Assembly (NCBI GenBank): GCA_039586795.1
Contig: JBDHJS010000028.1
Location: 1 to 48,320, forward strand
Reading direction: 5' to 3'
Length of the DNA stretch: 48,320 bases
Origin: Gemmatimonadota bacterium
GTDB lineage: Bacteria; Gemmatimonadota; Gemmatimonadetes; Palauibacterales; KS3-K002
Below, in pieces: positions 27,777 to 37,067 of the stretch. Below the pieces are notes generated by a model. That model made no database searches. It was given only the letters and a program-made list of their open reading frames with translations, and was not told the DNA's origin. The first letter of the stretch is position 1; each line of letters starts with the position of its first letter. Made by a program: the position numbers and the translations under genes.

Positions 27777-29380
27777 AGTGCAGCCTCCCCTTCCAGATGA
27801 ACCGCAAGCCGCAGAGCCAGCGCCGCGATCGTGAGCGTGGGCGGGTTGGCGCCCATGTGTGGAAAGACTGAATTGCTGACAACGAAGAGGTTCTCGAGAC
27901 CGAAGACCTGTAAGTCAGGACTGCACACGCCGTCGTCAGGCGTACTTCCCATCGCTGTGCCACCGGACGGGTGGTAGCCCGGATAGTAGTCAGAGGCCGG
28001 CGAGACGTGAGCGGCTCCCATCGCGTCCGCGAGCTGCGGAGCGAGCTCGTCCAGCTTGGTGGGCGCACGGCGATCCCAATCCGTGAGGGTCAGGCTGACT
28101 TTGGCGAGGGGTGATCCGAACGAATCGACGGCGCCATCGTCAAGTTCGAGAACGCCCTGGCCTTCGAGCTCGGTCATGATGGCCAGCGTAGCCATGTTTG
28201 GCAGCGAGCCTCGAAGCTCCGTCAGCGATAGAACTCCATCCTCGATGGACCATTCTGTTGCTTCGATACCGACGGGGAACCAATCCATCGCTGGCGCCGT
28301 GAAGATGATGAATGACGGCGTATCGCGTCGGTCGCCCATTGCCCGGAAATGGTCGGAGATCATCGTCTCGAAGCCGAGGCGACTTCCCACCGGTCGACCG
28401 AGGTCGAACGTGACGTACGGATTCAAGTGATCGCTGAACCAGCGGCCGAGCTGACCGCCCATGTTGCCAAGGCCGGCTTGATGAGCACTGCCGTCGGCGG
28501 AAAGCATGAGCATGCGCGGCGTCTCGACTCCGCCCATCGCCAGAACGAAATGATCGGCTCGTACGACGACTGGCGCTTCATCCGCGGTGCGAATCGCATG
28601 CGCGGCGACGATGCGATTGCCCCGAGCGTTCGTCTCGAGGCGCCTGAGGCTCACGCTGTCTAAAATCGAGACGTTGGGTCGCTCCTCCAACAGCGGTACG
28701 TGGACGCGGTCGGGCGAGTAGCGGGCTCCTGACGGGCAGAACTTGCAGGCACGACAGGCGAGGCATTGAGATCGCCCTCGGTACGGCACCGAAGCTATCG
28801 CTCGGGGACAGGTATGACCGGCGATCCCCAACTCCTGCATGGCCGGTCCCATGATCTCTCTGTCGAAATAGGAGAAGGCGTGGCCGGGCATGGGGAATGG
28901 CCCGGACCTGGGCGAAGCGTAGGGGTTGTCCTCTTCGGCTGCGACGCCAATCTCGTGTTCGGCGCGCAGCAGCCAGGGCTCCAGTTCGTCATACGAGATC
29001 GGCCAATCGCGGCCGTAGCCGTAGAGAGATCTGACCCGAAGGTCGTCTTCTCTCGGCCGTGCCATGATCCCTTCGAAATGGAGGGCCGTACCACCAACGC
29101 CGAACAAGCGCTGATGCGCCCATTCGATCATCTGGCCTTCGGTTTCGGCTGAGCTGTGCGGAGTTGTTGCCGATTCGTCGACGTCGTCGTTGTAGTCGGC
29201 GTAGTCGTTCAGTGTTTCTTTTCCTCGACGCAACATCTCGGAGCGGTCGGCCTCGGTGAAGCGCGCTCCGTGCTCCAGGATGACCATGCTCTTCCCGGAG
29301 GCGGCGAGCTTGCTGGCGAGCAGCACACCCGCGATTCCGCCGCCAGCGATGCAGTAATCGAATCGCATCTCTTGCGTCAT
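27773..29380 (-). CDS. GMC family FAD oxidoreductase with Cys cluster
   Basis: IAGGGIAG FAD motif, GVGGTALHF, DWPISYDELEP, CLACRACKFC, YHPSGG, ANPPTLTIAALALRLA. Confidence 0.9.
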   Translation of the reverse strand: MTQEMRFDYCIAGGGIAGVLLASKLAASGKSMVILEHGARFTEADRSEMLRRGKETLNDYADYNDDVDESATTPHSSAETEGQMIEWAHQRLFGVGGTALHFEGIMARPREDDLRVRSLYGYGRDWPISYDELEPWLLRAEHEIGVAAEEDNPYASPRSGPFPMPGHAFSYFDREIMGPAMQELGIAGHTCPRAIASVPYRGRSQCLACRACKFCPSGARYSPDRVHVPLLEERPNVSILDSVSLRRLETNARGNRIVAAHAIRTADEAPVVVRADHFVLAMGGVETPRMLMLSADGSAHQAGLGNMGGQLGRWFSDHLNPYVTFDLGRPVGSRLGFETMISDHFRAMGDRRDTPSFIIFTAPAMDWFPVGIEATEWSIEDGVLSLTELRGSLPNMATLAIMTELEGQGVLELDDGAVDSFGSPLAKVSLTLTDWDRRAPTKLDELAPQLADAMGAAHVSPASDYYPGYHPSGGTAMGSTPDDGVCSPDLQVFGLENLFVVSNSVFPHMGANPPTLTIAALALRLAVHLEGEAAL

Positions 29381-29540
29381 GACGTACCTACCGATGGATG
29401 TTCAAGAGAATCACGCAGGACCCGAGGCGGTAATATTGGAGCGCCCCGGTTGGCCAGCAACGGGAGCCGTTCGCGAGTGGGATTCCGGGGTCGCCAGGGT
29501 GTTCGAACCCGAACACAACTGTTCGGGATCGGACGGCTAG

Positions 29541-30515
29541 CTAGGGCAGAAGTTCCTGATCGATGATCGACGCTAGCTCTTCGGCGTTGCGCCATTCCGC
29601 TTCGGCGGCGGCGGCCTCAAACGCCAAGTCGCGACGCTCGGCGTTGTCATTCACCGAGATCTCCAGCGCCAGGGTGTTTGACGCGTCCAACTCGTAGAGT
29701 GGCGTACATTCGGACGCCAGCTTGCTCACCAGATCATTGGCCGATCCGGCCGCTTCGACGTTGTGGATGGCGTCGGTTAGCTCCTCTTCTGAGGCGCCTT
29801 TGACGTTCTGATAGGAGAGCACCCTTCGCAGCACGCGCTCGGCGGCCGGCCCCTCCAGGCGGTGGACTTTCTCGGTGGTCCAGGGATCGCAGCGGGTGCA
29901 CGGCAGTCCGATCGCCAGCTCGTGTTCTTCGCCGGGGAGCAGGATCAGGTATTTGGTCCTGAAGTAGAAGAGCTTTAACAGCACGCTGCGGCAGGAAGGG
30001 CAGGGGGCGCGGCCGCTCCACGCCGTTCTCCCGAACCGCCGCCACCGCATGACACCAGCGTAAAGGTCCTCCTCCAGGTGAAAATCCCCCGTAATCCGCT
30101 GGATTCCCATGTTCGCGCCCACATACGACACAGCCGCGTAGGCGCGCGCCCCCACGAGCGACAGCCGGCTCCTGTAGCTGGCGTAGCGGCGGCGCAGTTC
30201 TCGACCGTAGCGCCACCAGGCCTCTTCGGGAAGCTGGGGACGACCGACCTGGATGAGGTTGCGCCCGTTGGCCTCGAGCAACGCCACGTTGTCCGTCTGG
30301 TACAGCAACCGGGCGCGCTGGGCCGTTCTCTCTAGGCGCGCCAGGGCGGCGGCACGTTCCTCGACCGGCCACAGACTCCAGCCGTGGCAGCGGTCGCAGA
30401 TCGTCCAGACCCGGCGGCGTTCGGAATCGAACGCTAACCGGACGCCGGCCCGGAGGCTTTCGAGCACGCCCTCCCGTGAGAGCGAGCGGCCGCAGTAGAG
30501 ACAGTGACGTAGCAT
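29541..30515 (-). CDS. Hypothetical protein with four CxxC motifs (putative Zn-binding)
   Basis: CLYC, CDRC, CPSC, CTRC; C-terminal EWRNAEELASIID helix. Confidence 0.75.
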   Translation of the reverse strand: MLRHCLYCGRSLSREGVLESLRAGVRLAFDSERRRVWTICDRCHGWSLWPVEERAAALARLERTAQRARLLYQTDNVALLEANGRNLIQVGRPQLPEEAWWRYGRELRRRYASYRSRLSLVGARAYAAVSYVGANMGIQRITGDFHLEEDLYAGVMRWRRFGRTAWSGRAPCPSCRSVLLKLFYFRTKYLILLPGEEHELAIGLPCTRCDPWTTEKVHRLEGPAAERVLRRVLSYQNVKGASEEELTDAIHNVEAAGSANDLVSKLASECTPLYELDASNTLALEISVNDNAERRDLAFEAAAAEAEWRNAEELASIIDQELLP

Positions 30516-30574
30516 CGCAACCAGCTGTCAGAGGTCAACTTCCACATACCGAGACATGCAGAAGTTGTGCCGAT

Positions 30575-31624
30575 CTAGGAAGCCGAGGCCGTCTCCAATA
30601 CGACTTTGCCAAGATTCTGCCTGGCATGGAGATGCGCATGGGCCGCCGCTGCCCCCTCCGCATCGAGCGGAAAGACCCTATCCATGATGGGCCGCAGATT
30701 GCCGGCGGTCACCTCCCCGTAGATCTCCTCCAGCGCGGTACGGAGGATCGGCTCCTTCGAGCCCAGATGCAGCAGCTGTACGCCGAAGATCCCGGAACAC
30801 GACTCGATGAGCGAGAACGGGTGAAGGCGCGGCGTTCGCAGGAAGGCCCAGGCGGCGCGCAGCAGGCTCTTCTTGTCTTTCGGTATCCCAGCGCTCAGAC
30901 CGTAGAAGCCCAAACGACCCAGAGGGGCCAGCAGCCGGCGGCACGCGGCTGTAGCTTGCCCGCCGACGGGATCGAGGGCGATGTCGATGCCACGGTCGCC
31001 GACAAACTCGCGTACTGCTGGCTCCCAGTCGCCCAGCGAATCAAAGCAAGCCGCGGCGCCAAGCTCGTCGGTCACGAACTTCCGTTTGCGCTCGTTTCCC
31101 GCCGTGCCGATCACCCGCAATCCTCTTCGCAACGCTAACTGAACCGCGGCCGTTCCGACGCCACCACCCGCTCCAAGCACCAGCACCGTTTCGCCGTGGC
31201 GAGCGTTTGCCTGTTCGTACAGGCAGATCCAGGCCGTCAGGAAGACGACCGGGATCGCCGCGGCCTCAACGGGCGTCAGATCTGTGGGACACTGGAACAG
31301 GTTGTCGGCGGAAAGAACGACGTCGTGGGCATAGCCGCCGTAGCGCATGAGGGCAACGGCTTTGTCGCCTTCCCGCCAACCCTCGACGTCGGAACCAACT
31401 CGGGCCACCATGCCCGCGACCTCGAATCCAGGGCTGTAAGGCCGCTCGGGTACCGTTCCATACAGCCCGGCGCGCATCGCCAGGTCGGCGAAGTTGACAC
31501 CCGCCGCCTGCACGTGCAGTTGAACCTCGTTGGGCCCTGGTTCTCGTAGGGAAACCTGGCGCTCGACCAGTACCTTGGGCGGCCCGTGGCGCTCGATCAG
31601 AACTGCTCGCGTTGTCGTGTTCAT
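30575..31624 (-). CDS. MDR family NAD(P)H oxidoreductase (VAT-1/quinone reductase-like)
   Basis: AAGVNFADL, PGFEVAG, GAGGGVGTAA, DPVGG, RQNLGKVVL. Confidence 0.92.
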   Translation of the reverse strand: MNTTTRAVLIERHGPPKVLVERQVSLREPGPNEVQLHVQAAGVNFADLAMRAGLYGTVPERPYSPGFEVAGMVARVGSDVEGWREGDKAVALMRYGGYAHDVVLSADNLFQCPTDLTPVEAAAIPVVFLTAWICLYEQANARHGETVLVLGAGGGVGTAAVQLALRRGLRVIGTAGNERKRKFVTDELGAAACFDSLGDWEPAVREFVGDRGIDIALDPVGGQATAACRRLLAPLGRLGFYGLSAGIPKDKKSLLRAAWAFLRTPRLHPFSLIESCSGIFGVQLLHLGSKEPILRTALEEIYGEVTAGNLRPIMDRVFPLDAEGAAAAHAHLHARQNLGKVVLETASAS

Positions 31625-31708
31625 AGTCTAATCCTGCGATCTTAAGACTTGTCCGGCAACGCCTGCGGTGCTGGCGACGGGGCGAAGGAAAGACCATCTT
31701 CACGGCCG

Positions 31709-33304
31709 ATGGCAGACACAATCGAGTCGGTTAGGAGTGCGCTGGCCGACCGCTATCGGATCGAACGAGAGATCGGCAGCGGCGGCATGGCGACGGTCTA
31801 TCTGGCCCGCGACATTCGGCACGATCGCGATGTCGCGGTCAAAGTGCTGCGCTCGGAGCTGGCGGAGGCGATCGGCACGGATCGATTCCTTCGAGAGATC
31901 AAGCTCACGGCGCGGCTCAATCACCCTCATATTCTCCCGCTACTCGATTCAGGTGAGGCCGGCGGACTGCTGTTCTACGTCATGCCGTACATGGCGGGTG
32001 GCTCGCTGCGGCTTCGCCTGGGAGGCGCACGGCTTCCACTGGATGAAGCGCTCCGCATATCGGACCAGGTCGCGACGGCCCTCGAATACGCTCATGCCAG
32101 CGGCATCGTCCATCGAGACATCAAGCCGGAAAACGTTCTGTTCTCCGAAGGGCTGGCTATCGTGGCCGACTTCGGGATCGCCAAGGCGCTGAGCGAGGTC
32201 GGTAGGGAGAATCTCACACGCAGCGGCGTTCCGCTCGGCACGCCCGGTTACATGAGTCCCGAACAGGCGATGGGGCGCGGTGAAGTGATCGACGAGCGGA
32301 CGGACGTCTACAGCCTGGGTTGCGTTGTGTTCGAGATGTTGGTCGTGGAGACGCCGGCCGTCTGGCCGACGAAAGACGAGATGCGCGTCGGTCGATTCCT
32401 TGATGCGCCGCTGGAGCAGCGGGCGCAGCTGGACTTGTTGCCGGGCCGAGTAGAGCAGGCGTTGGTTCGGGCGCTGGCGATACGGCCGCCGGATCGGTTC
32501 GCCACGTCCAGGGCGTTCGTGGATGCACTTGCTGCCGGGTCGGCGGACGGGGCGAAGTACAGAGACGATGAGGTCCGCGACATCGTCGCCCGGGCGGCGG
32601 AGCTGCAGGTCGAGCGCCCGACGGAAGACCATGCCCTATCGATCGGCGGCGTTGAGCAGGTGGCGGCGGAAGTGGGGATACCACCTCAACGTGTGCGCGA
32701 CGCCATCAGGGAGCTCGAACAGCCGCCTGCCGCTCTTATCGCGGCGCGGGATGCGCCGCCCAAGTACAACTGGGTGAAGGACAAGTTGACGATCGACCGA
32801 ACTGTCGAAGGCGAGATCTCGGAGGCTGACCACGCGGCGTTGGTGGCTCAGATCCAATCGACGCTGGGGATCGTTGGTCACACCACGTCACTGGCAGGCA
32901 CGCTCACCTGGAGCCCTGCCGCAGTGGGGGCCGAGGGCCGAAAGATCGTCGTCACCGTCACTCCCCAGGCTGGCCGGACGCACATACATGTCGAGGAACG
33001 CTTCGAGCTCTGGGGTTGGAAGTTCGTCATTCCGGGGTGGGGAGCGGCCGCCGGAGCTTTGCTAGGACTCGGGATCGCCACGTTCCTGGGGGTACCTGAG
33101 GGGCCCGGGGTTGCCTTCCCGATCCTCATCGGCGGGGGATCCGGGGGCTTTCTGACGGCGAATGGCGTGATTCAGGCCATGCACAGATCAAGGCGGCCGG
33201 GGCTCATGCAGCTGGCGGATCGCCTCACGTCGATGGCGGAGCGGACGGGACGTCGTGGTCTGGAATCGGGCGAGGAGAAGACGCCGCCGAAGCAGCTCAA
33301 GTAA
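31709..33304 (+). CDS. Ser/Thr protein kinase with C-terminal membrane region
   Basis: GSGGMATVY, VAVKVL, HRDIKPEN, DFGIA, GTPGYMSPEQ, DVYSLG; two TM helices near the C-terminus. Confidence 0.93.
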   Translation: MADTIESVRSALADRYRIEREIGSGGMATVYLARDIRHDRDVAVKVLRSELAEAIGTDRFLREIKLTARLNHPHILPLLDSGEAGGLLFYVMPYMAGGSLRLRLGGARLPLDEALRISDQVATALEYAHASGIVHRDIKPENVLFSEGLAIVADFGIAKALSEVGRENLTRSGVPLGTPGYMSPEQAMGRGEVIDERTDVYSLGCVVFEMLVVETPAVWPTKDEMRVGRFLDAPLEQRAQLDLLPGRVEQALVRALAIRPPDRFATSRAFVDALAAGSADGAKYRDDEVRDIVARAAELQVERPTEDHALSIGGVEQVAAEVGIPPQRVRDAIRELEQPPAALIAARDAPPKYNWVKDKLTIDRTVEGEISEADHAALVAQIQSTLGIVGHTTSLAGTLTWSPAAVGAEGRKIVVTVTPQAGRTHIHVEERFELWGWKFVIPGWGAAAGALLGLGIATFLGVPEGPGVAFPILIGGGSGGFLTANGVIQAMHRSRRPGLMQLADRLTSMAERTGRRGLESGEEKTPPKQLK

Positions 33305-33327
33305 TTCTGCGCCAGCCTAGAATATGA

Positions 33328-33359
33328 AGCCGGGTCGTTGCCTGCGCAGCGACCCGGCT
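33328..33359. terminator. Hairpin between convergent genes
   Basis: AGCCGGGTCGTTG / CAGCGACCCGGCT stem. Confidence 0.65.
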
Positions 33360-33383
33360 ATCGTTCTCACGACGTCGTCGGTG

Positions 33384-35813
33384 CTACTCGGTGGCCAGCG
33401 CCGAGATCGGGTCTACCCTCGTCACCCTGGTGGCGGGAACGAAGCTCGCCAGAAGTCCCGTCAGCGCAATGGTCGCGACAACGGTTCCGAATACCGCCGG
33501 GTCTCGGACATCCACTTCGTACAGGATGAACTGCAGCGGGTTCACGGCAAGCGCCGCCAGCCCGATGCCGAGCACGACGCCGATCGCCAGCTGTGTCGCG
33601 GCGCGCTTCATGACCAACCGCACGAGGCGCGGCCCATTCGCGCCCAGCGCCATGCGGATCCCCATCTCCTGTGTGCGGCGGTTGACGGCGAACGACATCA
33701 CTCCGTACAAGCCCACCGCGGCGAGGAACATGGCCATGAGTCCGAAGATCATGAACAGGCTGCCAAAGACCCAGTAGAACCAGGTCTCTTTGGCGATGGC
33801 GTCCTTCATGGAGAGCACCTCGTAGATAGGGAGGTTAGCATCGAGAGACTCGACAGCCAGACGTACGTCCGGCGTCAACGCCATCGCTTGCGTACGGGCC
33901 CGTATCGCGATGCTCACGAAGGTGCCGACACCGCTCTGCGAGATCGGGATGTAGAATCCGGACGGGCTGGCGTTAGGATTTGACATCCCTTCCATGAGCA
34001 TGTCGGGTACGACGCCAACGACGGTCAACCAGTGGGCCGTAGTATCGCCCCTTCCCATGCGAATGCGGCGACCCAGGGGGTCGTCATCTGGGAAATGCGT
34101 TCGCACGAACGTCTCGTTCACTACCGCTACCGGGAGGCTCTCTCTTGTGTCAGTGACGCTGAACGCCCGGCCGCGAAGCACTGGTGTTTCGAACGTCTCG
34201 AAATAGCCGGGAGTCACGATACCTTCACGGGCCACCGGGTAGTCCTCTTCCGTCGCGTAGGATGCGCCCTCCAATTCGAACACGCGTGCGCCGTTTCCCG
34301 TCGCAGGGAGCCCGTCTGAAAGCGTCACCGCCTCTACGCCTGGCAGGGCCGCGAGCCGCGGCAACAGCTGTTCGTAGAAACCGACGCGTTTTGCCGTGTC
34401 CGGATACTCATCGGCTGTTAGTCTAAGTCGGGCGGTGAACACGTTTTCGACCGTGAACGGTAGATCTCTCGTCTTCAGATTCGTGACACTCTTGATCATC
34501 AGTCCGGAGACAATCAATAGGCCACACGACAAGGTTACCTCGGCGATGATGAGACCCGTGCTGAACTTGCCTAGGCGGAAGCTGGAGGAACCGCGGCCTT
34601 CGTCCTTCAGGGACTCGGCGACGTTGGAAGCTGTCGCGCGTAAGGCGGGGACGAAGCCGGAGAATACGGCTGAGAAGACCAGAATCGCCAAGACGAACAG
34701 AGCGACTCTGATGTCGGGCTCGAACGTGATCCAGAACGGCGGCGGCTCGACGTTCGTCATGCGATCGAACCACAACAGCCCGTAGTGGCCCAGGACCAGC
34801 CCGAGAGCCCCGCCGATTGCGGAGAGCACAGCGACCTCGGTCATCAGTTGGGCAATCACACGCCGGCGACTGGCACCCAGCGCCGAGCGCACCGCTACTT
34901 CGCGGCCTCGCGTGGAAGCGCGGGCGAGGAGCAGGTTGGCGACGTTGGCGCAGGCGACGAGCAGTACACCGATGACCGCGGCGAGCATCGTGTGAAGCAG
35001 GGCCCCCGCTTGGCTTCCCAGCATCAGCGAGTTGAAGGTTCTAATCGTTGTGCCGATTCCCTCGTTGATTTCCGGGTACGCCTGCTCCAGTCGGCGGGCG
35101 ATGGTGGCGAACTCGGCGCCAGCTTGGTCCAGCGATACCCCATCATTGAGGCGACCAACGACCATGAAGTAGGGGCCCTGGCCTCGTTCGCTCGCATTTG
35201 GGTCCAGCTCCAAAGGCAGCCAGAGTTGTTCTCGGTCGGGGAACATAAAGCCTTCAGGTGCAACGCCGATCACGGTGCGGGGCTCACCGTTGGCGTGTAC
35301 CACGCGGCCTATGACGTCCGGTGAGCCGTTGAAGCGCTCCTGCCAAACATCGTGACCGATGATGATGACGGGCTCGGCGCCGGGCCGGTCCTCGCCTTCG
35401 CGGAATCTGCGCCCCAGGACCGGCTGGACCCGCAGCACATCGAACAGGTTGGCTGCCGCGAAAGCACCCGTGTAGCGAACCGGACGCCGGTCGTCGCTCG
35501 CCAGATTGACGTTGCCGGTGGAGAAGGCGGCCAGCCCTTCGAAGGTGGTTTGTTGATCGGTCCAATCCACGAAATCGTGGACAGATACGCCCATGAAATC
35601 GATGTTGTGAATCGCGTCGGTTCTCCCAACCATCATCAATCGGTCGGCTTCGTCGAAAGGCAAACCCTTGTAGAGAGCGCCGTTCACGATGCAGAAGACG
35701 CCGTAGGTCAGGCCGATTCCAATTGCGAGAGTGAGAATGATTATGGTTGAGAGGCCGGGGCGCTTGATGAGCACGCGCACGGCATAACTGAGGTCCTTCC
35801 AGAGTCGATCCAT
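33384..35813 (-). CDS. ABC transporter permease, duplicated MacB/FtsX type (ADOP)
   Basis: DLSYAVRVL, LLVACANVANLLLAR, REVAVRSALGASR, RTQEMGIRMALGA, PATRVTRVDP; no ATPase gene adjacent. Confidence 0.92.
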   Translation of the reverse strand: MDRLWKDLSYAVRVLIKRPGLSTIIILTLAIGIGLTYGVFCIVNGALYKGLPFDEADRLMMVGRTDAIHNIDFMGVSVHDFVDWTDQQTTFEGLAAFSTGNVNLASDDRRPVRYTGAFAAANLFDVLRVQPVLGRRFREGEDRPGAEPVIIIGHDVWQERFNGSPDVIGRVVHANGEPRTVIGVAPEGFMFPDREQLWLPLELDPNASERGQGPYFMVVGRLNDGVSLDQAGAEFATIARRLEQAYPEINEGIGTTIRTFNSLMLGSQAGALLHTMLAAVIGVLLVACANVANLLLARASTRGREVAVRSALGASRRRVIAQLMTEVAVLSAIGGALGLVLGHYGLLWFDRMTNVEPPPFWITFEPDIRVALFVLAILVFSAVFSGFVPALRATASNVAESLKDEGRGSSSFRLGKFSTGLIIAEVTLSCGLLIVSGLMIKSVTNLKTRDLPFTVENVFTARLRLTADEYPDTAKRVGFYEQLLPRLAALPGVEAVTLSDGLPATGNGARVFELEGASYATEEDYPVAREGIVTPGYFETFETPVLRGRAFSVTDTRESLPVAVVNETFVRTHFPDDDPLGRRIRMGRGDTTAHWLTVVGVVPDMLMEGMSNPNASPSGFYIPISQSGVGTFVSIAIRARTQAMALTPDVRLAVESLDANLPIYEVLSMKDAIAKETWFYWVFGSLFMIFGLMAMFLAAVGLYGVMSFAVNRRTQEMGIRMALGANGPRLVRLVMKRAATQLAIGVVLGIGLAALAVNPLQFILYEVDVRDPAVFGTVVATIALTGLLASFVPATRVTRVDPISALATE

Positions 35814-35892
35814 GATCTCACGCAGAGTGCGGTTCTGGCTGGGGCTTCGCCGAACCATCCCGAGGCACGCAGCCCCGGGTCACAGTCGGCAC

Positions 35893-35918
35893 TACGCGGG
35901 AGTCGGGGCCGGGGTTTC
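35893..35918 (-). promoter_or_regulatory. ECF sigma-type promoter candidate for the permease
   Basis: Minus strand GAAACC-N16-CGTA, about 80 nt upstream of the ATG. Confidence 0.4.
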
Positions 35919-35964
35919 CCTGTCCCAGCCCCTGGATCGAATCACTTCATGTGTGAAGAGGCCG

Positions 35965-36954
35965 TCAGTTGCCCTTCAGCTCCTTGAGCTTCGCCGCTGC
36001 ATTCTCGTTTTCCGGATTGAGTTCGAGTGATTTCTCGTAGTGCTCTATGGCCAGTACCCTGTCGCCGCTCACCATGTAGGCCTCGCCAAGGCTGTCGTAG
36101 GCGTTCGAGGAATTCGGATGCAGCGACACGTTGAGCTTGAAGATCTGAATCGCCTCAGGAGCCCGTTGGCGTCGAATGAAGCGGTATCCCATTGCCTTCA
36201 GCATGCCTTCAGCGAAGGCGCTGTCGTCAAACTCATCTGAGAGTGCTTCGTACTGAGCGAGCCCCGGCTCGCTGCCTTCCATGAACGCCATCTCCAGCGA
36301 CTGCGAGATGTAGGAGCTTCGTGCGAACGCGGAGTTCGGATTCATGTCCACATTCAGCTTCAGCATCACGAGACCATCGGTCGGGCTTCCCAGCCGGCCC
36401 AGCTGCTGTGCGACGTCGATCAGCATCATGTCGCTGAAATCGTACGAGTAGCTGCCGTAGTACTCGTCGCGGAGCTCGTTGTACTTCATTTGCAGCGCAT
36501 CCAGGCCGCCTTCCTCGTAGGCCATCACGAGGATCGTCTGGATGGGCCGCGGCTGCGAGACTCCATGATGACACGTTGCGCAGTTGACCTCGATCAATGG
36601 GTCGATACGGTTCTCCAGACTGACCAGGTAGTCGATGTTGATGGACCGTACCATGCGAATCATCTCGCGGGCCTTGAGCTTTTCGGGCTTGTCGTCGGCC
36701 GCAAAGTCGTACGTGGCCAGCGGCTGTCCTTCTTCTCCCACGTGGCAGAACGAGCATCGGACGCCAAGCCCCAGAGCGAAGGACCGCATGGTGCCGATCA
36801 GCTGTCGGGCCCCGATGTCTTCGGGCAATACCCGGAGGTTGTTGAACGAATCTGGTGGGAACTGGGCATGGGTGGGGACGGGTGTCAGCGCCACGATCAG
36901 TCCCAGCATGATCAGGACGTAGACGCTCCTCAGCCGGGATATGTGAATTGGCAT
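35965..36954 (-). CDS. Diheme c-type cytochrome (reaction-centre cytochrome-like domain) fused to TPR repeats
   Basis: Signal peptide; CSFCH and CATCH heme motifs; C-terminal NAYDSLGEAY...YEKSLELNP TPR. Confidence 0.85.
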   Translation of the reverse strand: MPIHISRLRSVYVLIMLGLIVALTPVPTHAQFPPDSFNNLRVLPEDIGARQLIGTMRSFALGLGVRCSFCHVGEEGQPLATYDFAADDKPEKLKAREMIRMVRSINIDYLVSLENRIDPLIEVNCATCHHGVSQPRPIQTILVMAYEEGGLDALQMKYNELRDEYYGSYSYDFSDMMLIDVAQQLGRLGSPTDGLVMLKLNVDMNPNSAFARSSYISQSLEMAFMEGSEPGLAQYEALSDEFDDSAFAEGMLKAMGYRFIRRQRAPEAIQIFKLNVSLHPNSSNAYDSLGEAYMVSGDRVLAIEHYEKSLELNPENENAAAKLKELKGN

Positions 36955-37067
36955 GGGGCAATGCCCTCCTATCTCAGGCTTTCGTTGCGACCCTTCCTTT
37001 CTTGAAAGGTGGAACGTTGGGAGGGGTCACGTGTGTTCCCGACGGATTGCGCAGAGGTTCGCCGCGT

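Noticed and set aside
35965..36954. pufC and evidence for phototrophy
   Set aside because: Only two hemes, a TPR fusion, and no puf/bch genes in the window
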